The translations under genes were made by a program, and so were the position numbers. 64,000 nucleotides of DNA from Heteronotia binoei (Eukaryota), in contig NC_083232.1 of assembly GCF_032191835.1 (NCBI RefSeq), forward strand, positions 82,274,001 to 82,338,000, written 5' to 3'. Shown here piece by piece: positions 1 through 12,600 of the stretch. The notes under the pieces were generated by a model. It made no database searches. It was not told the origin of the DNA and saw only the letters and a program-made list of their open reading frames with translations. Numbering within the stretch: position 1 is the stretch's first letter; each line of letters begins with the position of its first letter.

Positions 1-583
1 CTAAATGTTACTAATTTCAAAGCAACCAGGGGGGAGTGGAACTCGGAGGGCATGCAGAGGAGCATCTGGGCGAGGTCCCCTATGACTTTGAAGTCTCTAT
101 CTTGCACAGGATCTAGCGTGAACCTGCACCTGTCAAAATAACCACCTGGAAGGTGTCCCAGGAAAGTGCTTTCTAGGAAGATGACAGGCAGTCATTCCCC
201 AGAAAGCACTTTCCTGGAGGCACTTTGGAGGGCGGTAATTCCAATCCTGTAAATCCAGTTCTCACCAAACTTGCAGGGCAGGTAGAGCAGCTGGAGATCC
301 TTGTGAGTTTGGTGCATTTAGCACACTGGGGGGTGTTCCACTGGGCCACAAACCCTACAAGCTAAACCAGTTCATTTGGTGCATTTTCCTGGTTCATGCC
401 CATCCATAATTAGAACATGTATTCTCTGATCATAGGATATTAAAGTAGTACTTGAGGAGAAGGTATTCTGAAGTAAGTATGCCAGAAGTTTTGTCCTGGT
501 GTCTTTCAAAAACACCTGAAATTCTGAATTGTTAAAATCTTATTTCTGTGAAATCCAACTCACTAAATTTCTCATGTGTGCAG

Positions 584-638
584 CTGAACCTTTGTTTGCT
601 GTGACGAGGAAATTGGAATTATTATCTAAACAAAAGCG
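584..638 (+). CDS. MED1-like exon (55 bp): EPLFAVTRKLELLSKQK
   Basis: cag|CTGAA...AAGCG|gtaagt; phase 1 to 2; aligns to MED1 LPAMTDRLESIARQN. Confidence 0.8.
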
Positions 639-3600
639 GTAAGTTTATTTTTAATGTGCATGAAATGTAAGAATACAAACTATATGTCCAAAGAGGGCTG
701 TTGTCTGATCCACTTCAGCTTGTACTTTTCTAAGGATGTCAGCTCTGGCTTGGGAAATTCCTGGAGATTTTTTGGGGGGAGGCGCCTGCAGAAGGTGAGA
801 TCTCAGCAGAGTATAAATCCATAGAGTGCACCCTCCAGAGCAGCTATTTTCTCCAAGCAAACTCTGTCATCTGGAGGTTAATTGAAATTTTGGGAGGTCT
901 CCAGGCCGCACCTGGAGGTTGGTAACTTTATTTATAAACCCTTTGCCGCTGTTGCACAGCACAGCCCATTCAAATACCAATACGAATTGACACACCTGCT
1001 GTTTTCAGTCCTCTCTAGTATTTTTTACTTCCTAGAAGAATCTGTTGCAGAACTGGTTCCACCTTCCAAGAGGTCTCTGACAATAACACTGCCCCCCACC
1101 TCAAAGGAAAGGATGCTATTAGCTAATTCCATGCTTGAGAGGAGACAAATAGAGCACAACAGAGTCTCAATTACTCTTAACATTTAAGAAGGATACTTTT
1201 ACACATTAGTCTCCTACTTTGACATATTTATTGCTCCACTGTTTTCCCCCGTAATCAAATCCTAAGTTATTGTGACCTATAAACTTATATTGTTAATTGA
1301 TACTTAGACTTAGACTTTGCATATATCAAAACGTCTTCATTAACTTGTATGCTAATTTGTTGTTCACCTCTGTAGAGGCATCTGCCTCTATACATATGAA
1401 CTGTTAACTTCCATTTCTACGTATCTGAGCAGGTGTGCCTGCACACAAATAAACCTTGAATAAACTTTGTTGGTGTGGTAACAAAAGATTCCCTCATGCT
1501 GCTTCCAACGTTCCTGTGTGCTCAGGACAACTGACAATGGCAGTACTTCTCAAATAATTCCCATACGGAGTTGCCAACAGCCTGTGGTCTAGTGATCTCT
1601 CAGAACTACAGCTGATTTCCAGAAGACAGAGACCAGTTCCGCTGAAGAAAATGGCTCCCTTTCCACCTCCAGATCTCCAGGAATTTCCCAACCTGGAGCT
1701 GGCAACCCTAAATTCCCCAGGCCCATCTTGCAAAAACTTGAAGTAAACAAAATGGTGACTGAAATTGCATTCAGTCAGTTCAAAAGTTTAAATGGAAGCA
1801 AAATATTGTTATTAATATTTTACTTTCCTCATACTATAAAGTTAACTTCTTGTTTTGTTTTACCATATGGTCTGCATATCTAAGGGAAAGAAATAAACAT
1901 ACACAATTTAAGCTCTGTGTGTGTGTAAAATGAATAAATGGAGGCACTCAGTAACTGGAACAGTGTTTAAGCCCAACCATGATAGCTCTGTGTGAGTGAG
2001 GGCTTGTTATTAAAGGGCACTGAGCTCCTTCATCTATGGATGTTTCTGTGAGGGGGAGAGAGAGGACCTGAGGTATGAGATGGTTATGGCTCAGTATTTT
2101 AAGAGATGAGATAGGTGGCAAATGTGACACCTTGACCTACATGTAACCCTTAACCTGACAGAGAAGTTTAAAAGGATGGTAGGCTCTCTGTGAGAATAGA
2201 GACAGGGAATCACATAAAGACAGAGCAAAAGTGTTTGCCTTTATTAGGGGCATATTGGAGACTAAAGGCTTGTCATCACTGGCATGTTATTGGTAGATGT
2301 GTTGCTGTCGTTGTATAATCAGCCATGGACTGGGTGTAGTTTAGTTCAGTATTTAAATTATAGCTCTCTATGATCATATCCTTGAAAAGGACATTGTAAA
2401 CAATATGGGAGTTGAGTTTGCTTTCTGTCTCTTGGGTACAAAGAGCTGACAGGCATGTCCTTTCAAAACCACTGATGCTCCTGCACTCAGTGCAAGGTAC
2501 TGTGGAACAGAACTTCCTTTAAGAGCAAAAATGATTAGAGGTGCTTCTCATTGAAGTGGCATTTCATATGATACAGAAACAAAGCACTTGGGTTCTGAAG
2601 TTTAATATGGGAGTTCTCATGGCCACTGGGAAACCAGAAGTCACTGAGTGTACCAAGATGAAGTGGCAAGCGAATCTGCTTCACATTCTGTTGTTTTTTT
2701 TAATACACTTCTCTTCCCTTGCCTCCTTTCTTTAGACTGAACTGTCATACTAGCCCCAATGGAACTGCTTTCTATATCACAACTGAAATGTTCTACATAG
2801 AGATTCAGTTGAAAGCAGATGGAGAACCGATAGAGATAAAACTGGCTCACCCTGGAGAATCTCCTCAGGTAATGTTTACAGATTTGGGGGTGGGGGTGTT
2901 CTGGTTCAATAAATTCCACAGAGAAATAAAATGAAGAGAGGACTGATTATATGCAGGTTCTCCACAGTGTTCCCTTTAAATTGTGTGTGTGAGCAGCCAC
3001 TCATTAACACAGGAAGCCCCGCTCAACAGCAAAGTGCCCATTTTCAGATTACAGCAGTTTTGTTCTGCTCAGGATGTGAACTGTTCTGCTCAGAAGGGGG
3101 GATGAAATTAGAGGGAACATTGATCCTTCAGCTTGGACTACTATTACTACAGCTGACTAAACAGCTTTATCCAGGGCCTTTTTTGTAAAAAAATCCCAGC
3201 AGGTACTCATTTGCAAATTAGGCCACACACCCTGATATCACTATTGTTTCACACAGGGTTTTTGGTATAAAAAGCCCAGTAGGAACTCATTTGCCACATC
3301 CCTGACACCAAGCCTGCTGAAACTGTTCCTGTGCGTTCCTACTCAAAAAGAAATCTCTGCTTATTAAATGTTGTGGGAATAACCTAGGGTTGCCAGCTCT
3401 GTGTTGGGAAATTCCTGGAGATTTGGGGGGGGGGGAGAGTCTAGGAAGGGTGGGGTTTGGGGAGGGACCTCAGTAGAGCATAATACCATAGTCCACCCTC
3501 CAAACTGGCATTTTACTTCAGGGGAATGATCTCTATTGCCTGGAGATTGGCAACCCTAGAATAATCCCTTCTTTCACTGTTTTGAACATGAACATTGCGC

Positions 3601-6600
3601 CCAAGAACATAAGCTAAGTATGAGCCTAAACTTTAGCAAATGCTGCATTCATACCAGTCTAAGATGTCATTTTCCCATTAGACAAAAGGTAGAGAGAATA
3701 CACTGCAGTTGCTAGCTATACTTTGAAAATCAATTTATTTGTTTTCAAATGTACCTTGTCATTGAAAATTTATTCATGGGCTGCATCTTTGCAGCCCATC
3801 TGGACAGTGTGAGTTCCTCTTTGCTCATTTAGCTGTACCCACAAAGGTTCAGTTCATAATAATTGGGAAAGGGTGGGGCTGGAAGGGCACACCCACACTT
3901 CTTGCAAGAAGGAACTTTCAACTTGCAGTCCTAGAAATACAAACTCCTGGAAATCTACCTGCAGTGAACCAGCTCAGCTACATGGTAACTTAGCCACAGA
4001 GACCACCCAAAGGGTATTTATTTTATATATTAACGTTTATACCCTGCCGTTCCTTGTGGATTAAGGAAACTTATAAACAGTGTTCCCTCTAAGCTGAGTT
4101 AGTGTGAGCTAGCTCACAATTTATAGGATTTTCAAGGCAAGTAATGAATAGGGATGGTTTGTCATTGCCTTCTTCTATATAGCAACCCTGGATTTCCTTG
4201 GTGGTCTCCCATCTATGAATGAACTAGGGCTGACCTTTTTTAATCTTTCAGTCTCCAACAAGCTTGGGGTAGTCTGGGGCCTTTAGGGTTGCTAAGCTAA
4301 CCTGAATTTATGCAGTTTGTCCTTTTTGCTGTGTACCAGTCACTGTTGTGGATTTTATAGAATTACTGTACAACTTCTATCCCCTTGTCTTCTAGAACTG
4401 TGAAGACCTGCTGCAGGTTCTAAGGTATGTGTGTTCCAGCCAGGTGGATTCTTGGCATTTGCAGTTGCATGTGTTTGTCATCAAAGAATTGTTTCTGTGT
4501 CACTTGCCAGGTGATTTTCTGTGGTATTTAGTTAGAATTTAATTTCAAGGGTTGCCCACCCCCACCAAGATTTAACTCTTGTAAATGTCATGATTCAGAG
4601 GTCCATAGTAAGAACATCCTTTTCCAGGATCTATACACAGGGTCATGATGGTAGATTCAAAGGAGACATCTGAACTAAAGAATAAGGCGGAGAATAACCA
4701 CTCCTTCAATATGCCAGCCTAGCGGCAAGTCATATTTGTTTCATTGTTTTTAGATGTCAACAAACCAGCTCTATGGCATTTTAATATTAACTATTGGGCT
4801 TTTTTTTTAAAGAAAGAAAGATTATGATACCTTTGGAAAGATTTTGGAAGAACTTCTCAGTATTTACCAAATTCCAGGAAGCAGGTTAGTTCATTACTTT
4901 ATACGTTCTCTTTCATCTAAGACCTTTCCCCTCCTTATGAAGTCTCTCTTTCTTTGCTAGCAAAACAAAAGCCAAAGTGTTTCTTGCCCTGCAGTCTTTG
5001 GAAAGAGACATCACTTCCCTGTCTCTTTTGCCCAGGTGAGTTGAGCAGGAGAAAATGCTGTCTTACATGTTTGGGTTTTGCAGGTGGAATGCTGTGGAAA
5101 CAGCTATTTGTCGGGACAGAGGATCTTCTTATGACTGGAAATGTGGGTCTTTAAAAAATATTTGTATGAAATAATATTTGAGAGGTTTCAGATAGTGTGC
5201 TACAGTATTTCCCCCCCCCCCCAGCTTTCCACACACTCATTTTCAAAACTATTGAACTTCAAATGGGTTTTAAATTGAGAACTTTCTTAAATGCTAAATG
5301 CCAATTCCATTGCGGTCTATCTCAGCTCAAGGCAAAAATTCTGTTCTGGTGTGTGTTGCATCTTTCCTGGGCCTTGGAGGAGGGGGGGGAGGGCGGTCCT
5401 TGAGCACAGGGTTGCTAACCACCAGGTTGGGGGGTGGGATGGTCTGGAGATTTCTTGGAATTACAACTGAGCTTCAGACTACAGAGAACTGTTCCCCATG
5501 AAGAAGAAGGTTGCTTTGGAGGTAGACTCTATAGCATTATACCCTAATCAATCTGTCCCAACCCTTGCCTTTGAAGTGCATTGATTTCCAAATCATGAGA
5601 AGCAGAAAAAAAGAAATGTCGTCTTCATTTTTTTGGATTCAAGGAATGAAAGGACTGAAACAAATTTTGCTATCGCCAAAGTAATCTTAGAGTCACTGCC
5701 TCTAAGCAAATAAAACAGATTCCAAAGTATAGTGTAGTGCCTGATCCATAGTAAGTGGCATGATGACGAGGAGGAGGAGGAGGAGGATTTGTTAACACAT
5801 TAAAGCAAACATGAAATGTGCTGGTATTATTAAGGTCACAGGGGAAGACTGTGTCAGAGTAAGGACAATTCAAAAATCTTCCTTGTAGAACCATGGAGGG
5901 TAAACTATACTGTTCCACTCCCAACTCTCTAGGAGTTGCCCAAACTGGATTTCCTACTAGGGTTTCCAAATCCTGACCCTACCCCCACCCCTTTTCCCCA
6001 GCCACCACTGCAGGCAGTGGTAGAAAATTAATCTAAAAATATTGATGTTGGGCAATGGTGCAACATCACTTCCTGAGAAAACCCCAAAACCACACCAGTC
6101 CTCTTTAGGAGTCACCAGAAACAGCTATGGTTTTATCGTAGAGTTTTCTGGGATTCCTAGACAGGTGTGACCTCACTTTTGATTTTTTTTCCTGGAAGTG
6201 ACATCACACCATCACTGATGATGCTCCATCTGTGTGCCCACCACCAAGGTCCCCCACAGATTGCCAGGCATTGCTCTGCTAACTTGAAACATGGAACTGA
6301 ATTTCTTACTTTATTCTTAGCTATGGCTGCTTCCGTAGTTGGACAGCTGCATGCTTCTGTCCTCACTTAAAGGGAGCTTCCATGTCACATTAGAGAAGAG
6401 CCTCCTGGGGCTCTCTCCTCTGGAGCAGGATCCAAGGAGGAACTGCAAACAAAATATCCACGTGGATGCCCAGCCTGTGGTCAGTACAGGGAGAGGATGA
6501 AACTAGGCTCTGCATTCTCCCCCCACCCCTTAACCAACCTTTTCTTTTCCCAGCTGAGCTGTGGTATTAACCCTATATCATTGTTCAGCTGGAAAATAAG

Positions 6601-9600
6601 AAAGAAGGGAGTGGGAGGGGGGGGGGGAAAGGAGAGGTTGCTGGCCATGCTGGGGCCTACCATAATGTTGCACTGGGGCTTCTGCATCAAGGACACGACC
6701 TGAAAGAGACAGGGGCATGAAGGACAGCAGCAAGTGACATGGGCTCAGGAAGTGTGGACTCCATTCGTCGTGCCGCTTAGGGTTACCAGGTCCTACCTGG
6801 CAGCTGGCAGGGGGGGGATCCTTTGTACTTTTGGGGATCTCCTCCCTCATGAAACTCTATGGTTTGTAGCCAATTTTATTATAGAGTTCTGCTTGAAAAC
6901 TAGAGTGCCGCTGCACAACATTGATGAGGTGATGATGTTGCCTTTTGGGCCAGTTGGGGGCAGGATTTTTCCCTGCCGGCCTGTGCCCCACAAAAGCAGG
7001 TATTCTCCCACCTCCCGCAGTAGGGGTTTGACAACCCTATTGCTGCTGCTGATTCAGTGGGGCTGCGCTTCTGTGTGGAACTTGAAATGTGTTTTGAGGG
7101 CCCAAAAAACAGCCAAGGAGGTAGGGATGCGAGCTGCTAGGTGGGACTTTGGGATCCCCTGGAATTACAGCTCCTCTCCGGGCTACAGAGGTCAGTTGCC
7201 CTGGAGGAAATGGATGTATGGAAGGTGGACTCTGTGATATTGTACCGCACTAAGGTCCCTGATCTTCCCATGCTCCAACCCCAAAATTTCAAGAGCTTTC
7301 CAGCCTGGCTCTGGCACCCCTACCACCCCCATTCCCTGCCTGTGGGGGGGGGGGGCATGGCAACCCTACATGGAGGGCATTAGTGTTGCTCAAAGCCATG
7401 GTGCTGGGGGTAGCTGACTAACCCTTGTCTTCCTTATGCAGTTTCCCTGATCAAAAATGCCTCCGGGCTGCTTTAAACCTCAGTGGGAAAGAAAACATAT
7501 GCACAATACCAGCCCTGCTGCTCATATTACTTTTAGTGGGTGGGTGTGGGGTCCATTTCCAATTCAAGAAGTGGTAGGGGGGCAATAATTAAACCCTCTT
7601 CCACAGGACCACAGACCAAATTTATATTGGCTGGTTTTTATATCACCAGATCTGATCTTTTAAAGTGCCCGTACTTAAATGTATGGGTTAAAAGGACTGC
7701 ATGCACAGCCTTCTTGATGGATTCTTTTCTGCCTGCTTTTTAGGGGTGGGGGGGGAAGGAGCTGTGAGGTCAGATGGACATGGGAGGGGGGCAAATCAGC
7801 TGAGCAATTCCCCAGTTGCCTCTTGCTTCAGGTGGGCAGAAGTCAAGGGTTGGCCTTACCGAATATTGAGGATGTTCATCCTTCACTACTCACTGTGCAT
7901 TCTTTAAAAACAGAGCACTAGATACAGAGAGAACCACCAAAATACTTCATGGAAAAATAGGATACCTTAGGCCAAGAACTGCAGGTACGTCTTTTTTCCT
8001 TCCGCTTTGGAAAGTGTCATCAAATTGCAGCTGACTTCTGGCGACCTCATTGTGTTTTTGAGGCAAGAGACAAATAGTGGTGGTTTGCCATTGTCCGCCT
8101 CTGCACAGTGATCCCAGACTTCCCATCCAAGTGCTAACCAGCACCAAGCCTGGTTAGCATCTGAGATCGGTCAAGATCAGGATGGCCATCCAGGTCAGGG
8201 CTGAACGTCCACTAAAAGGTAGCCTTGAGCAAATCTTGGTAGCAAGCCAACAAAATTTAACAACCTGAAGGCAAACAGCTGAGGGGGGTTGCAGGAGTAG
8301 GCCATCCCGTGAAAATCCATAGCAGTAGATAAAGGCACTGTTGTCTGTGATTTGCATGTTCTTCCTGCTGTTATCTATGAGCAGGGGTGGCCAAAGTTGC
8401 ATGATGTAAGAGCCACATAGAATAAACGTCAAGATGTTTGAGAGCCACAAGTCATGAACATCAGATGTTGAAGCCACATAGAACAAATGTCAAATGTTTG
8501 CGAGTCACAAGACATGAATGTCAGATGTTTGAGAGCCTCAAGGAAGGAAGGATGGGAGGGAGAGGAAGGCAAATAGATGGTGGAGGGAGAGGTGGAAAGA
8601 AAGCAACTATAACTTAAACTGTATTCTCCACGCTGCCAGCTGGCTTGGCTTGGAGAAGTGATTTAAAGAGACAAATGCCTTCATCCATTTGGTTATGGGG
8701 TGGCTGATGGGGGGAGGGGCTTCAAGAGCCATAAAATATGTGTGAAAGAGCCACATATGGGTCCCAAACCACAGTTTGGCCACCCCTGCCCTATACATCA
8801 TTGGCTGTATGGGATAGTTTCTGCTTATGAGTAGACAATTCATACATATGGTAAGGAATTTCTCTTGGATTCCCCCCTTAATTATTGGTCTGGGAGTTTC
8901 TAAATATTATGGGACTATCTGAATATTTTGATACTCAAAAGTCAACATCAGATTTATTTCCCAGAAGCTATAAAAGCAAATGAGGCAAGAGAAAACATAA
9001 GAGAAGCCATGTTGGATCAGGCCAGTGGCCCATCCAGTCCAACCCTCTCGGTCACACATTGGCCAAAACCCAGGTGACATCAGGAGGTCCATGAACAGGG
9101 CCAGAGCTCCAGAAGCCCTCCCACTGTTGCCTACCCTCAAGTACAAAGAAAACAGAGCATCTCTGCCTCAAACACAGTGTTCATCTTAGCAGGGGCTTCC
9201 AAGCGGAAGAGAGAGGAGGAGGGCAAAATTCCAGGGGTCTTTTCCCATATATCTATTGGTGTCATATTATTCACTACTGCATCATTGTAACCATGATTTA
9301 TCAGTCTGTGGTTTTGGATTTTTTAAATCTTGTAGAAACACCTATGAGTCTCGAATTTTATCTGTCACCCATGCAAATCTTGGAAGAACAGCTCACTCCA
9401 GGTAATTGTAAACGAAATAAAGTAGGTAGAGTCATAGTTGAATTTCTTGCAAGAGAAAGCCAAAGCTGGAGAAAGTTGCGAACCAAGTGAAACATTCAAA
9501 GCTGTGCTGATCTCCTTGGTAATGCCAGTCCTCTTACTGCTTTTGCGGGGCATCCACTTGCTGATGAGCTGCATTCGGACAAAATGGTGAGCCACAAGTT

Positions 9601-12600
9601 CCCATAACGAGAATGACTTTTAGAAGTCCTTGTTGTTATTATTATTATTGATTTGATTGAATGAATGAATGAATTGCCTCATCCCAGCTAGTGCTGGGCT
9701 CTAGGCAAAGTACAACAATAAAATACATACAATAGTTGATAAAATCAGTTAATTAAAAACAAATTACAAACCCCAATAGCATAAAGTGCTACCAATTCCT
9801 GCTTTCCAGACACTGCGTTGGGAGCAGAAGACTCCCCTCAAGGAAAAAAGGATGCCAGCCCAGCAACCATTCTGTCTTCAAACAAAAGCCTGGCGGAACA
9901 TCTCAGTTTTGCAGGCCCTGCAAAATTGCAGAATATCCCGCAGGGCCCTAGTATATTCCAGCAGAGTATTCCACCAGGTCGGGGCCAGGACTGAAAAGGT
10001 CCTGGCCCTTGTTGTGGGCAGTCAGACCTCTTTAGGGCCAGGGATCACCAGCAGGTTTTGACCAGTGGAGCTGTTCCAGGGACATAGTGGAGGAGGCAGT
10101 CCCATAGATACATTGGTCCCAGACCACTCAAGGCCTTAAAGGTCATAACCAGGGTGCTTTTTGTAGCAGGAACTCCTTTGCCTATTAGGTCACACACCCC
10201 TGATGTAGCCAATGCTCCTGGAGCTTACAGTAGGCCCTGTACTAACAGCCCTATAAGTTCTTGGAGGCTTGGCTACATCATGGACGTGTGGCCTAATAGA
10301 CAAAGGAGTTCCTGCTACAAAAAAAGCCGTGGTTCGTAACCGAAACCTTGAATCTGATTTGGTACTCAACCAGAAGCTACTGTGGCTGGTGCAGCACAGG
10401 TAGAATATGCACTGTCCGTGACATTCCAGTCGGGAGCAGATGTAACTAGGGTTGCCAATCCCCAGGTGGGGGTAGGGGATCCCCCGGTTTGGAGGCCCTC
10501 CCCCTGCTTCAGAGTCGTCAGAAAGCGGGGGGAGGGGAGGGAAATGTCTTCTGGGAACTCTATTATTCCCATAGAAAATCATGGAGAATTGATCTGCAGG
10601 TATCTGGGGCTCTGGGGGGGGCTGTTTTTTGGGGGTAGAGGCACCAAATTTTCCGTATAGCATCTAGAGCCTCTCCCCAAAATACCCCCCAAGTTTCAAA
10701 AAGATTGGACCAGGGAGTCCAATTCTATGAGCCCCAAAAGAAGGTGCCCCTATCCTTCATTATTTCCTATGGAAGGAAGGAATTGAAAAGGTGTGCTGTC
10801 CCTTTAAATGTGATGGCCAGAACTCCCTTTGGAGTTCAATATGCTTGTCACAGCCTTGATCTTGGCTCCACCCCCAAAGTCCCCAGATATTTCTTGAATT
10901 GGGCTTGGCAACCCTAGATGTAATTTACAAACTCTACTAACTCATCTAGTGACCCGCCAGGGGGCTTCGGGTTTTCTGAGTGTTAACTGCATATTTAATA
11001 TTTAACCCGACCCAAACAGAAATGCAAGGCGCTCAGTAACATCTAATAACATCACAGTAAACAGTGCTAATCAAGAATTAATAATAACGCCATCTAGGGA
11101 TTAAAATTGTATACGTTTGAGATGTTTTAATAATTTATTGTGATTTTATTAACTTAATTTTAGGTTGTTTTAATTGTTGTTAGCTGCCCTGAGCCTATCA
11201 GGGGAGGGTGGGATATAAATATAATAAAATAAAAATAATATCTGTATCAGACATTGCATTACGTTGGGGTTGGGTCTTTTTCTGTTTCAAGTACATATAT
11301 ATGCACACCATATGAAGCTGCCTTTTACTGTATTAGACCATTGATTCAACAATCTCAGTATTGTCTACTCAGACTGACAGAAACTCCCCAGGTCTCAGGC
11401 TGAGGTCTTTGACATCGCCTCCTACTGGATCCTTTTTTCAACTGGACATGCTGTGGATTGAACCTGGAACCTTCTGCAGCCCAAGCATATGCTCTCCCAC
11501 TGCCCCTTTTCCTAGTCAAATACTTTTAAAAAAACGATTATACAAAGCATGCATATGTTATGGCGAAGGATTGACTGTGTCTTGCAAACTTCGAATGGCA
11601 AATTAAGCAGTTGGGGGGGGGGGGGTTATTTTTTAAAAAAAGCCCAAATAGATTGCCCTATTAGAAAAGTCCCTGCCTCTGAGCAACAGACTTGAAAGTC
11701 CTTGGGTTTAATGAAGGGGGTGTGCAGATGTCTGACTTCTTGCTTCTCCTTTCCATCAGGCTTGCAGGTACCTGGCATGAAGGTGTTTGTAACAATTGGA
11801 GGGTCTGATGTAGCTTACAAACTTCCTATCTATCCACTGATAGGGAACTCTTTGACAGAAACTGATAGGTAAGACCAGGGACATTATTGATGCTCATGAA
11901 GGGGCTAAGAATTTCCAAATCTAACCAGGGGCAGCCTTCAAATGGTTTTGGCGGAAGCTGAGTTGAGTGATCCTTGTAGCACTGCAAGGGCCTCTCAGTT
12001 CAACAACACCAACAAGGGGGAGGGGGAGTTCACCCAGTGCTTCCTTCTGAAAAGTGGTGGCAGTGTGGCTTCTTGCTGCATCTGTGGTGACAACTGGGTA
12101 TGCACACAACAGTTTTCCTGTCTTCTCCTTGTCTCAGCTGCTCTCCAACACGGCGGGGGGGGGGGGGGGAGCAAGGAGAGAGAGGAAGGCTTTTATCAAG
12201 ATTTTTTTTTAAGTAGTTGACAGATTACTAAAGCATTGTAACAATATAACAGCCAATCGTCATAAGCTGCTTGCTCCTGTCTTTGATTTTAACAGTCTTT
12301 GACTTTTCATGGTAGAGCCATAAATGTGCATTATTTCTTCTATCCACCTATATATTAATATAATTCTTATGCCACTCTTCGGGAACCTGCCAAAGATGGC
12401 TTATGAAATAAAACATATTAAGAATAAGTTATTCAACCAAATCCAGAATTTTAAAAACTCAGACAGAACATTAAAAACTGGATAAAAGTTGCATGTGCTC
12501 ACCCTCTCAGTCTGTGTTGGGATTGACAGGACTATCTCACAGATGCTAAAATGTAATGGAGCCATTATTTTAACTGACCATCTCAATAAGTCCCAAGAGA

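Noticed and set aside
6734-7237. 167-aa ORF
   Set aside because: Overlaps MITE-derived sequence; no homology recognised.
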